The notes beneath the pieces are model-generated. The model worked only from the letters and a program-made list of their open reading frames with translations. It did no database searches and had not been told where the DNA came from. A stretch of DNA of 63,906 bases, the filler included, from Craspedostauros australis (taxonomy: Eukaryota): NCBI GenBank assembly GCA_030167865.1. It is 17 parts of 17 records of this genome, joined end to end, with 100 filler letters (N's around TTAATTAATTAA, not from the genome) between each part and the next. Parts side by side here need not be neighbours in the genome. Positions count along the whole stretch, not along the records: positions 4,843 to 16,531 come from JALAGF010001858.1; positions 16,632 to 18,814 come from JALAGF010001859.1; positions 18,915 to 20,272 come from JALAGF010001860.1; positions 20,373 to 23,244 come from JALAGF010001862.1; 13 more parts are not named here. The stretch is one strand, 5' to 3'. Numbering within the stretch: the stretch's first letter is position 1; every line of letters begins with the position of its first letter. Below are positions 11,477 through 23,344 of this stretch, in pieces. A program made the translations under genes and the position numbers.

Positions 11477-11560
11477 TGTTGGAAATCCGGGGTTATGATA
11501 GTAGTAATCTAATCTGTTATTAGATCGTACCGTTTTAGGACTGTGAGCTCAATCTTATCA
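11477..11560 (+). repeat. Diverged copy of the copia LTR 5' module
   Basis: TGTTGGAAATCCGGGGTTAT...CGTTTTAGGACTGTGAGCTCAATCTT, similar to 5511-5596 and 12096-12181. Confidence 0.8.
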
Positions 11561-12095
11561 TCAGTTGAGGTTCATCTAAGAATCGACCACTTTCCTTTTT
11601 AGAGTGTCCTGTGTCGTCACTTGAAATTGCTTTTGGCGCGCAGTCGTCCAAACCCGACGACGGCCAGATCTTTCCTTGTCCTCCCATCTTTTGAGTCACG
11701 AACCATTCCCGATTCTATGATACGGTCCATCTAAACCAACCAACACATGTGGGAACTATATGCTCCCCAGATTTTATCAGATGGGCCTACCTGGATTCCC
11801 TTTTACTGCCACGGCGTTCGCTGACTATACCAGCTTCACCGAGCGCAATCTACACTGCTTCAACCACAGCAATGGAATCTTGATACAGGTCCAAGCTGGT
11901 GACTCCGGCTGCATAGCTCCCGTTGCTTCAACACCTGCTGAAGCCACAAGACCTCCTGCATGACATCGCCAGTAATCGAGAGGAGACGGATAAAGGGGCA
12001 AGTACAGTATCTCCTCAGCACCGAACTGTGAGGATCAGTGCAGAGCCGTTCCAACGCAATGAATATTGTTTCTTCATCCTGCCTACAACAACACT

Positions 12096-12974
12096 TGTTG
12101 GAAATCCGGGGTTATAGTTTGTACTGTAATCTAATCTACTGTTAGAAAGTGTACCGTTTTAGAACTGTGAGCACAATCTCATGTCGAGATGTACATGTGA
12201 GTATATGTCGAGATGTACGTGTATATTCGCATCGTTCACCCGTTATTCTCTCATACGCACTTGGACGGTATAGCTACACTCATGTCGATAGTATGCTGTG
12301 ATTCGTCAGAATTACAGCGGAAATGGAACACATGAAAAGGGGCAAGATTTCTGGAGGAAATTTGCAATCGACGATTTCTGAGAGAGTTAGAAATATCGTC
12401 CGTCCATCCATCAATGGTACCAAGAGAATCTCGAGGTACTTCCCAACTAAACCTCAGATGACGATATCATCTGACAGGCTGCTGCATCACCAATGGAACA
12501 TGACATCTGGAGAGCAGAAGGACGCCTACTGACGTTGACAGGATGTCAACATGTCACCACGTCGACATCTGTCTCCAAGTCAAAGCAGAAGGCGAAGATC
12601 CGACGACCCATGAAGATCATGGGTACTGAAGGTGAACTTCAAATGGTAAGTACTCATGGAGTAGGAACCAGTACTGAACGAACGGAGTGTCGAATGCGGA
12701 GTACGCATCGAACACGGAATATCGTGTAGCACGAGCACACGATGTTGAGAGAGAGAGAGAGAGAGAATACGAAGAGTAGCAAGGGAGCATTTTGCGTACC
12801 AACTCATAGTCGGAGACTCAATCTACAAGACAGTCAAACGCGCCAAGAGCATTAGGCAAGAGAACGGACACCAAGAGGATCGGAGTGCCAACTAAATGAA
12901 ATAGCAAACAGAACGACTATCAACCAACACTGTCTTCCACGATCGTAGGCTTCCAATCACGGAACTTGCCAACA
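12096..12974 (+). mobile_element. Solo copia LTR (879 bp)
   Basis: TG...CA ends with terminal inverted repeat TGTTGG/CCAACA. 12211-12974 aligns to 1-775. No gag follows. Flanking pentamers ACACT and GCCGT do not match, so no TSD. Confidence 0.9.
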
Positions 12975-13223
12975 GCCGTTGTATGAGATTGGATCCAACT
13001 GCAAAGGAGTGTAATGCTGATTCAGAAATCGATCAAGGCGCAAGGTATTCGTATAAATGCAGTGTTGACGCAATGTGTGAGACCTGCAACAGCCACAGAA
13101 CAAAAGCAAGTAGGAATGGAAAGGGCCACATCTGCAATGAAAACTTTACGAAATGAAAGCAGTTGCTGGTGATATTGTGGCACCGGATTGATGTAGAAGA
13201 ACAAGTAGTAGTTGCCAGTGTGT

Positions 13224-14067
13224 TGGACCAATGCCCCAGTTGCAGAGGTTGCGGGGATGCGTTGCACTTCTGGCAGTGCGCAGGGGAGGACCGGCATAAA
13301 ATCTCGATGAGGCATTTATGGGAGTTGCGGCGCTGGATGCGGAAATATCCCACGAAGCCTGAAATCGCCATCAATATGACCGCCATCCTGCAAAGCCAGC
13401 TTGAGGGGTCGGTCCATCTCAGGGCTACCAGCCTGGGCAGCTCTCTCTATGATGCGGTTCGGTAGCAGCTAGCTGTGGGTCCACAGGCGCTCCGAAAAGG
13501 GCTCCTAGCCAGGCAGTGGGAACCAATGCAGAGTGAATTCCTACAGCAGCAACAGTCTCAGAAATCAGAAGCCAAGTGGTCCAGACAGCTCATACGTCGC
13601 ATTTGGCGCATTGCCTGGGAGCAATGGAGAGCATGCAATGAGGCATTGTTCAAAGGTCAAGACCTGGCCGAAGCTGGGATGGTTCAGGCCCTACATGACA
13701 GGGCAGAGTCACTCCATCTTTGCCTCGAGCAGGAATGCACCAAGCATCTACAACTACATCAGATGGTGCTGGCCGGCGAGGCACAGGCCACAGTATGGGT
13801 GGAGCAAGCCGCGCTGACGCTACACAAACCTGCCGCCTCTGGCGCCCTGCTCAAGTGGCTGAAATACAAACAACAAGCTTACCCAACCCCCCGCTGGCAA
13901 AGACGACCTTGGCAGCACACAAGGAGACAACACATACACAGCATACACACACAAAACATAGATTCCGTGCCCCTTTCGTGCCCCGCACGAAGTTGAAAGG
14001 AGGCGGAGAATAGCGCCACCAGCGCAGCCTCATAAGTGGGGTTAATCTCTGTATTATTCTGATTATG
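13224..14067 (+). mobile_element. 5'-truncated Ambal-like non-LTR retrotransposon (ORF2 C-terminus + 3' UTR) with 16-bp TSD
   Basis: Perfect direct repeat GTAGTTGCCAGTGTGT at 13208-13223 and 14068-14083. Internal translation CPSC..H..C ... Q.VG..L.KG..W ... WSRQLIRRIWRIAWEQW..CN resembles ORF2 C-termini. One in-frame TAG at 13463. ATT-like tail. Confidence 0.8.
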
Positions 14068-15024
14068 GTAGTTGCCAGTGTGTCATCAGCAATAACATTG
14101 CATAAAATTAGAGAGCAAGCAACTTTGTATTCAATGCAAACAACGACAACACCTACCGAGTGTCCGAAACTACGCCATAACTACGTGAAAACGTGGACAA
14201 CAAAAAAGTACGAAGAAAATGTGCGACGAGACCAGCGTCCAATTCTAGTTTTAGTCCAACTGGTCGACCACTTTTCCCATCGCGAGGAAACGTCATGTTA
14301 TTCTTGGTTTTGTCTCAGGAGACAAGCCCCTCGCACAAAGGTCAAAAAGTGTGTCTCCTGAGACATCAGGGGTACCTCTATCGTGACAGAATTTCCTTGT
14401 GAATATATTACCGCGCATCCCACTTTGGATCTTTGTGACACCAAAATTGTGAGCTGCACGTGTTTTTGAGGCGGAGAATGCCACGTGTCGAATGCGAACC
14501 GGTTCGTGATGTTCGTGACCTCAATGCAGGAATGGGAGTCACATGTGTATGTCACAGGGGGCGGCGATGTTGGAATCATGACCAACATCATGATACACGC
14601 AACTACGGCCCCCATGTCGCAAGGAACAAGAAAAGAGTATTGGAGACAGGCCGGCGTCACGAAGTGTGAGATAGCTTGCGAACGGGTCCCTGATGACTAA
14701 CCGGTGAATGATTGGAGAGGATTGGAGTTGTCCCAAGATGAGAAGCCAGAGGAGGAAACATCCAAGCTGTTCTTGTGAAACATGGAGACTGTGATCCAAC
14801 CAAATGGAACGAGTCAGGTGATGCCTGTGATTCAGTGATGCCTATGCCAACAAAACTATTGGAGGCAAGACAACGTGATGAGTGCATGGACATGGGGAAC
14901 TTGGTAGTGCATGCATGTCCATGATGAATTCGAGATGAATGCAAGATGGATGCATGCTAGACTAGTAGATGGACCCATGGAGATCTCAGGAGGAGATTGA
15001 ACTTTGAAAGTTGAGAGCAATGAA

Positions 15025-15100
15025 GAGCTCACAGTTCAGAGAAGTAGATTCTAACAAACAATTAGCTTTCTACTATCACCACCACCCCAGATTTCCAACA
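15025..15100 (-). repeat. Diverged inverted copy of the LTR 5' module
   Basis: Reverse complement reads TGTTGGAAATCTGGGG...TGTTAGAA...GAACTGTGAGCTC. Confidence 0.65.
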
Positions 15101-16234
15101 ATGGTGCAGTTGCTGCTACCATCTCCTTGGCAACAACACATTCCTGATCCGCAGACCAGCAGATGAGGATGGCAATGATATGCAATTCAAGCTGGACGAA
15201 CACTGCTTTCAGCACTCCTGTCTTGGAGACCACCCTATGGTTGGCTTCCAGTGCGAGCTGTGTCACTTCCGCAACTTGTAACAGTGGGAGCCTGTGGTGG
15301 GAAGCGGAAAGGACTCTACCCTCATGAAGTTCATCAAGCGAGCGAACCTCGATGCATTCTGGAACCGAGAGCTCTACAGTGGCACGCAACTGGTCGCATC
15401 TACACCGGATGGCCATGCATTCCAGTACGTTGGCGCGCGCAATCGCATCTCAGGCTTCGCCATCGCTACCCTTGCATCTGATTGGACCATCCCTGACATC
15501 TCTTCCTTTCCTCTCGATCCGATTCTTTCGCTTCCTTGCCATCTGCTTCATCCTATTGGCGGCCAGATGATGGTGACGTCGACAGCCCAATTGTTCCTCC
15601 AGAGAACACATGGCGTGACACCAGAAGCAAAAGCAAAAAGCACAAACACCTAATAGTGATAAAGAGATGTCATATTTCTGGCGAAGACATGGTGTCACGA
15701 AACGGCAAAAATGATCCAAAACGAAGTCACAAACATCACGACAAGCACAACCAAGAGAGCATCAACAACAAGGAGCGCAACACACAAATCAATCTCCGGA
15801 GTGAAGACCATCGGAGGCCGCAAAGGAGAAAGAGAGAATGACACGCGATGCGGCGAAAGAGTGCAGCAGCATTGCACCTGTTGCAACCACCATGGCATGA
15901 GGGTAATACTGGTAGGACGAGTAGATGTAATTGACTGCTCTCGCCACAAGTGGAGTGGCTTCTTCTGGACTGTGTATGTTTTGGAACTGAGTACTCTGGC
16001 TGTTTCCACCAAACTGATATCTTCGACGCATGGTACTGGTACGTATTAGAATATATTCTATATGATCTGGAAGTCGTTGATTTGTTGTTGTTCTGTGGTT
16101 CCACCTCTCTATCCGACAGGGCTCGTGCGAGTTTCATGCTGTCGTCGCAGTTGCCGCTCACGTTGCTTCCTGTCAAACTGGGGCGAATTCTCACACCAGA
16201 GACACATCACGAATCAAGGTCTCATTCTGCGTTC

Positions 16235-16531
16235 TCACTTCTTGACGCATGTGACGTTGAAGGCGTTGGAACCAAAGGCATTCACCTTGTTGGAATCGGC
16301 TCCGAACACGACGTTGGCGGTCACCCAATCGGCCAAATCGGCACGATCGGTCTGGATGGACGGTGGCTTGTCCTTGTCGCCGAAGGTCTTCATGTGTCCG
16401 GTCGGCTTGCCATCGGTCAATGCTGTGGGACGCACAAATCCGACACGGTTCTTCATGCCGCTCAGGAACACGTTCTCCTGATTGGTGTGATCCTTCATCA
16501 CGTGGCGCAGGTAGTACTGCAGGATCAGACC
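16235..16531 (-). CDS. NAD(P)H-binding atypical SDR (flavin reductase/BVR-B-like), C-terminal fragment
   Basis: Open from the contig edge. Motifs DHxxQE, VRPTALTD and IxxDRADLA. Confidence 0.7.
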   Translation of the reverse strand, partial: GLILQYYLRHVMKDHTNQENVFLSGMKNRVGFVRPTALTDGKPTGHMKTFGDKDKPPSIQTDRADLADWVTANVVFGADSNKVNAFGSNAFNVTCVKK

Positions 16532-16908
16532 NNNNNNNNNNNNNNNNNNNNNNNNNNNNNNNNNNNNNNNNNNNNTTAATTAATTAANNNNNNNNNNNNN
16601 NNNNNNNNNNNNNNNNNNNNNNNNNNNNNNNCGTGGTTTGTGCGGTATCGTCTGTCCATCGACACTCATTGTTCGGATTCGGCCAGATTCGGGAATTGGC
16701 ACTAAATCTGCACAACCATGTTTCTGTTTTTGTCGTGAGGGGTGCACCGATCGACCCGAACGATTCAGCGGAATCAAAGTGACATCGGTTGCTGTTGTAT
16801 CATGTGTCTTCCGCGCGGGCCAGGTTGGCGAGGCGATCGTTACGTTTTGGAACAAGGTAAAACCCAAACCGCCACAAAATCGAGGTGAAACACACAAACC
16901 AAACCCGC

Positions 16909-16935
16909 CACACACACACACACACACACACACAC
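16909..16935. repeat. (CA)n microsatellite upstream of importin-alpha
   Basis: CA dinucleotide run. Confidence 0.9.
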
Positions 16936-17258
16936 AGTCACACACAAAGCGATCATCGCCATCGCCAGCACACACGAGACGGCAGACATCACTTCTGCCA
17001 AGTTCGCATCGATTGCAAATCCAACCTTGCTTTCTCACAAATCAAATCAATCAAAGCAACCAGAATCATAATCATAATCATAATCACATTCAGCACTCAT
17101 CACTACAATCACAATTACAACTCCAGTCACAAAACAAGCCTTCACGAAGTCAAGAATCACGACAGAAAGACAATCTCATTCCCCACATCCTCACACGTCC
17201 ACAACCAGCACCAGCAGCACCAGCACCAGCAATAACAGCAACAACAACACAAACCACC

Positions 17259-18807
17259 ATGATCTCATCACTCGCAGGTATGTATGTGTGTTTTTGCGCT
17301 TCCTACCGTCTGTTGGAATGGCAACAAGCATCTGTGTGATGAACAGCTGGTAAGCAAGCCCTTCTAACACTGTCCATTCCTTTCGCGCCAACGATCATAC
17401 AATACAAACCAATCAAACCAATCAACCACCCGATAACATCGACGATGGAGCAGACCGACGCAAGGCTTTCAAGCCGGCAGGAGCTAACCTGGCGGAAAGT
17501 CGCCGCCGTCGAGAGGAAACAAGAACCATGCTGCGCAAGCAGAAGAAGGAAGACGAGATGAGCAAGCGCCGCACACGCACCCCAGCCGCGTCCGCATCGC
17601 AACCCGCAACCATGGAGTCGACCGGCGCAGTTGCGACGACACCAACTGTCGCTGACTTGCCGCAGATCATGACATCTCTCCGCAACCCAGGCTGCACGGA
17701 ACAAAACAGAATCCAGTGCGTCAAAAATATCCGTCGAATGCTATCGGTGGAGCACAACCCGCCAGTGCATCAGGTGGTGGAGTCTGGAGCCATGCAGCTC
17801 CTCGTGCAGTACATGAGCGACGACGAAGCACCGGCTGATCTCGTGTTCGAAACCGCGTGGGCGTTGACAAACATCGCGTAAGTAGGGATATTATTGACGA
17901 CGGCGCAATGTGCGAGCATGATGGCTCGAAGCAGAATGGACGTACACCTCCATTCTCATTTCGCATGCTCGGATGCACGCGATGGATGTTCAATGAACGA
18001 CGAAACGACCACGCGTTCACGATGGAGAGTGGATAGTGATGACTCTCTCCGTTTGTCCTGACTCTTATGACACTTTGCAATCGATCTCACGTCATCTTCT
18101 CTTCTCCCACCATGCCTACGATGATACTCGCAACCGCTGCAACAATCTCCGCCACATATAAAATGGAACGGCGACGACGATATCGATGTCGATCACGATG
18201 ATCTCCACCTTGCAGTTCCACTGACCTTACCAACGTCGTCGTGGAGAGCGGCGTTGTCGCATCCCTCATCAAGCACATGCGCAATGACAACCCCAACATC
18301 CGCGAACAGTGCGGATGGGCGCTTGGCAACATTGCTGGCGACAACCCAGCCTACAGAGACTTCCTCTTGCAGCAGCAAGTCCTCGCGCCGATGATCCTCA
18401 ACATCCAGCAGCCACAGAATTTGTCGCTCTTGGCCAACGTGACTTGGGCCATCTCCAATCTCTGCCGTGGAAAGCCCGCACCAAGCCTGGAGATCATTCA
18501 AGAAGTCATCAAGCCATTGTCGTTCCTTCTTAGTCGCCCGGAATGCACCGAGGAAGTGAAGGTGGACGCCGTCTGGGGCCTGTCGTACATCAGCGGCGGC
18601 GAAGACGAAAGCATCCAGAAGGTGATGGACAGCGACAGCGACATCACGCAAACACTCGTGGGACTGTTGGAGAATCCATCGTCGGCAATCCTCACACCAA
18701 CTGTCCGATGCTTGGGTAACTTCGTCACAGGCAACGACATGCAGACACAAGAGGTGCTGAAAGCGGGAATTCTGAAGCATGCCAAGATGCTGCTGGAACA
18801 CCCACGG
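17259..18807 (+). CDS. KPNA: Importin subunit alpha, partial and spliced (exons 17259-17277, 17454-17877, 18216-18807; continues past contig end)
   Basis: GTATGT..CAG and GTAAGT..TGCAG introns join in frame to give MISSLADRRKAFK...ESRRRREE..LRKQKK..KRR (IBB domain). ARM repeats follow (ETAWALTNIAS, EQCGWALGNIAGD, NVTWAISNLCRGK, DAVWGLSYIS, CLGNFVTGND). A third GTAAGT donor lies at 18808. Confidence 0.93.
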
Positions 18808-21800
18808 GTAAGTGNNNNNNNNNNNNNNNNNNNNNNNNNNNNNNNNNNNNNNNNNNNNTTAATTAATTAANNNNNNNNNNNNNNNNNNNNNNNNNNNNNN
18901 NNNNNNNNNNNNNNGAAAATTCACAACACGACCAACGTGACGTGTTGGACAAACCCTTCGGAAGCCCGATGGCGTCATCAGTCAACCATAACTATGGCCT
19001 TGCATGAACTGACCATCATGATTGGCTGGTTGGTTCGTGGCGTTATGTCAAAGTTCTTAGTTGGTGGGAACGCAATGATGTCTGCGACAGATCACGAAGA
19101 CACCGATGTCCACAACACGAGGGGAGTTCTCATGTTTCCTTTCAAACAAATATCGATTGTGTACTTGTGAACACAAACAAAATGTCAAATAGAAAATCGA
19201 TGTTTCGTGATTTTGTCATTGCGTCGTTCTTTGCATGTTGCGCAATGTTCTATTTCGTCTGTGGAACTGGAGGACGGTTTGGACTTACCGAACAGAAAGT
19301 GACGTCACACAAAGAATTAACCTTCCAAACACTCGAACAAGTGGAAGCACACGAACCAACTCTTGCACAGTGTTTCAATGACAGAAACGCGGAGGCATGG
19401 CGCCGGACAAGCAGTCTAAATGTGGAGATGCTGTCCTCTGTTTGTATGGTACGTTTCATAATGTATCTACACACATTAGTACACCAATTCTTGATGGTAC
19501 CCCGATGGGTACCAAAGGTCAACAAGGATGCGTCAGGCCAGGGTGGGAGGCGACTGGGAAAAGGGTCTCCCGCAGCTCCCAAAGTTGGGCACTACGACAC
19601 GGCGTCGAACCGATGACAAAAACGATAAGTTGCAATCATTTCGGAACGGAGGAATAGGCAGACAGATGAGACTTGACCAGAGTGGAATGAGGACGCGAAC
19701 GAGCAGGGCGACCCATGTATGGGTAGTGCCATCATCGAACATGATTGNNNNNNNNNNNNNTTTGCGGTCGGGCTATTGGCCATTTCCAGAGGGCGCACAT
19801 CATCAGGAATCCGTAGTGGGAGCAGGATGATTGATTGGTGTGGCAATTTTGAACGAATGTGGTGGCGGTCGCCAGTATGCGTGTGATCGGTGGCATGTGA
19901 AAGAGAGATGATCGCAGTGTAGTATCGCAGGTATTCAGATGGTCGATCATCGCACTGGAACGACGATGTCGACAAAATGGCGGGAGCGGAGCAGGGACGG
20001 AACGGTCCGGAGCGTGATGAGGAACTGCATGGAGATGAGTGGTCAGTGTGGATAGGGGGAGAGAAGGCTTGCGCGAGCACGAAGGATACTCTGTGGGAAC
20101 ACGTGCAGTGGCAGAAAACCGAGCAGTGGCAGAGNAGGACAGGCAAAATGGACTGGGAGGAGATGGCTGATGTCGACGGTCATTCTATACGAGCGACGAT
20201 GCATGGGCTGGAGAATGGAAGGCGACGATGGGTGGTGAAGCACGCGGCGCATTTCGGACCGGTCGGCAGGAANNNNNNNNNNNNNNNNNNNNNNNNNNNN
20301 NNNNNNNNNNNNNNNNTTAATTAATTAANNNNNNNNNNNNNNNNNNNNNNNNNNNNNNNNNNNNNNNNNNNNTGAACCTCCTCAGTCTTGCAAACTTGAC
20401 AACACCTTCATGCTCTGCACTTCATGCACTGCAATTTATGCACTGCACTTCATGCTTTGCTGTGTGTTGCAACACATGTTGCCTCAGCATCATTTTCATC
20501 ATTTCATCTCCATCTGCTCACAATTCAGACTCCAACAGTTCTGAATTGGGCCAGCTTACATACCATCTAACATCAATTAACCACTCAGAGCACAACAACA
20601 CTACCACACAGTTTCACTCTACTTCATTGACGGACTTGATCACTCCCAATTTTTAGGTAAGTACCCACTTTCATCTGTGTTCTATCAACAGCTTTCGAGG
20701 CGTGACGAAGTCGATACGGCTCGATCTGCGACCCCAGAGTGCGCATTGTCTGACGCACACTTTCATTTTGCTCAACTTTGAGGCACGAATCCTTCGGACT
20801 CTCAGCATCGATTTCGTCTCATGCACAAGTTTCGAATGGTAGAGGCGTAGCGAGTATTGATAGAACAAAGAAGTGGGCCAAGCTGTTCTCTGTATGGGTG
20901 TAGTCGTTGCCAGCACCTCGCATTGTGGGAAGGGGGTAATGGTTAGGAGTCTAGCAAATCCAATGCTCCGTTGGGTCGATTGGGCCTAAGGAATCCCCAA
21001 AGCAGCAAACATCAGGCTCATTCTCAGTTCTTGCCTTGTGCTAACTCATGTCACACGCCCGAACACCATTGCGGCAAACACAGGTCGATTTCTCGAATTC
21101 AACATGGACGATCGTCCTGGAGAATAGTGATGCTCATGGGTGCAGCAAAAGCCAATTAATGAAGAGTGAGGTAAAATAGGTTTGCCATGGAGTTCTTGCT
21201 TTGCATTGGTACCAAGAGAGATTGTTGGTATTCTCCTGAAGAACGATACTACATCCACGATTGAGGTATCTCCAATTGGATTGCAAAAGGCACCCGGACA
21301 ACGTACTGACAATGACGTCGTCGAAGCGATGCCGACACTCGCGAAACATGGGAAGTGACAAAGAAAACGAGAATGGTTTGGGCGGAGCCTGGGTAGAAAG
21401 GTGATCACGAGTGAAGCATTTATTCAGCCTGTTGAAGCCTTACCAGTTCCTATAAATGGAACAGGCATTTCGCTCCTATCGCAAGCTGTTGAATTGGTCA
21501 TGCCAAGGTCATAGTTTGTGCAGCGTTAGTTACTTGGATGCTCTCTGATAGCCGGTGATGTTGTCGATTTCGGATCTTGTGGCTCCAACCATGTTGGCGT
21601 GCCCCTTGCATCATCGCGCGCACAACGAATTCTTGTGTCCGCGCTGCCCTGCCCATGGTAAGAACAACACGAACAAGACTGAAAAAGCGAACGTGCGACA
21701 TCCCTCTCCGCAATTGCTGTGATACATGCGGACAGATTTTATCAAAGGCCATGCCAACTGCCCAGGTGACGAACAAACTTGGATATCTCGAAAGCCATCA

Positions 21801-22274
21801 CTTAGCCTTGCACGTCCGGCTGCCTTCACGACATCCATTCCACACGAAGAGTCATTTCGCCAACTTTCCCACTTCCGCTGGCACATCTCCAAGTCGTTTT
21901 CCAAGGATCGTGGGCCGAACAGAAAGTCTCTTTGTTCACAGAGTTTCGGTATCCTTGGTATCTGTTGTACACAAATCCAACCAGAACGAGAACAAGATCA
22001 ACAACGCGATCTTGGTGCCAGCTTTTGCCCACTCACAAAGTGCGTGCATCACGCCACCGCAAACAAAAAGCAGGTGAAGTTGTAAGTGAAGGCTGAGAGC
22101 CAAAGGCAGAAGGGACAAACGCGCAACAAGGATCACAAAACCACGACGATCACTTTCAGTACCAGTATCAGCAGCCAGCAGCAACCAGTACGATTGTCAC
22201 AGCGAGCACAAACGCACTCTGCGATACACAAGCACACTCCTCTCCGATCTGAACTCCGCAAACGCAACACCAAG

Positions 22275-23244
22275 ATGCCCATCATCTCCAAGGTCGCCAT
22301 CTCGACGGTGCTCGGCGCCGCCTCAGTGCTGACGACAGCCAAGGCGCAGCAAGTCCAGCCGGAGCAGCGCAAACACCATGCCCACCAGCAGAAGCGCAAG
22401 GATGAGAACGACAACGAGGAAGCGACGGAGGCAGCATTCGCCGAATCCATCGTTTTCGGCGGCCTCGGCTACGGCTCGGCATCGAAGGGTTCCAAGCGCG
22501 ACGAGGCTGCCAAGAGCAACGGGAGCGACGGAAGCGACGGCACCCAAGCCAAGCAGGCGTGGGACGCCTTTGCGCAAGACAGCAAGGATTCTGCGTCCCA
22601 ACTCCCCGTCGCCAGCAGGATCCAGGTGACCCAGTTCGGAGCCGTTCCGTCCGCTTCTCACGGTGCTGCTGTCGCCACAACCAGCGATGTCGGCAACCTG
22701 AGAGGTCACGGCGGCATCAACATCTTGGATGATGCCCCCAACATCGACAAGCAGCTGCACGACCACGCTCCCATGCTCAACAGCAAGGTCTGGTTCTCGG
22801 GGCATCAGGTGGACGGAATCCCCATGGCCAACCAGATGCACCGCCAGCAGAGGCGCAACATCCACCTGCCCCCGAGTCCGACCACGCCAACAGGACCCAC
22901 CAGCCCCAGCGCCCCAACAGGAGCTACTGTCGACGCGACAGGAAAGGCAAGTAAGACCGGAAACCTCACATTCCTTCCAGTCAAGGGTCCCAAGGGTACC
23001 ACGCCCGGCACGGGGCCCACCACACTACCTCCAGGCACCTGCTTCGAAGAAGTCAGGACCCGCTTCCAGCTTACCCCAAGCGGCAAGGCCATCAAGGGAG
23101 GCGCTATTGAGACTTACACCAAAATTATCTGCACCCCCGACGGCGAGGGCGGTGGGTTCTCGGAGGCCCCGAGCGAAACACCAACCGCAGATCCCGGCGC
23201 AGTGGTCTTTCCCTCCTCGGAGCCTTCGTTCGTCCCAACCGACA
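22275..23244 (+). CDS. Putative secreted low-complexity protein with KxxK motifs and Pro/Thr/Ser tracts (partial)
   Basis: Signal-peptide-like MPIISKVAISTVLGAASVLTTAKA. Contains NLRG, the tetrapeptides KGSK, KASK, KGPK and KAIK, and PSETPT/PSSEPSFVPT. Coding-like composition. Confidence 0.65.
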
Positions 23245-23344
23245 NNNNNNNNNNNNNNNNNNNNNNNNNNNNNNNNNNNNNNNNNNNNTTAATTAATTAA
23301 NNNNNNNNNNNNNNNNNNNNNNNNNNNNNNNNNNNNNNNNNNNN

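Noticed and set aside
19167..19616. Short ORF with an N-terminal hydrophobic segment
   Set aside because: No recognisable domain, on a small gapped contig. It may be an exon fragment but cannot be supported.
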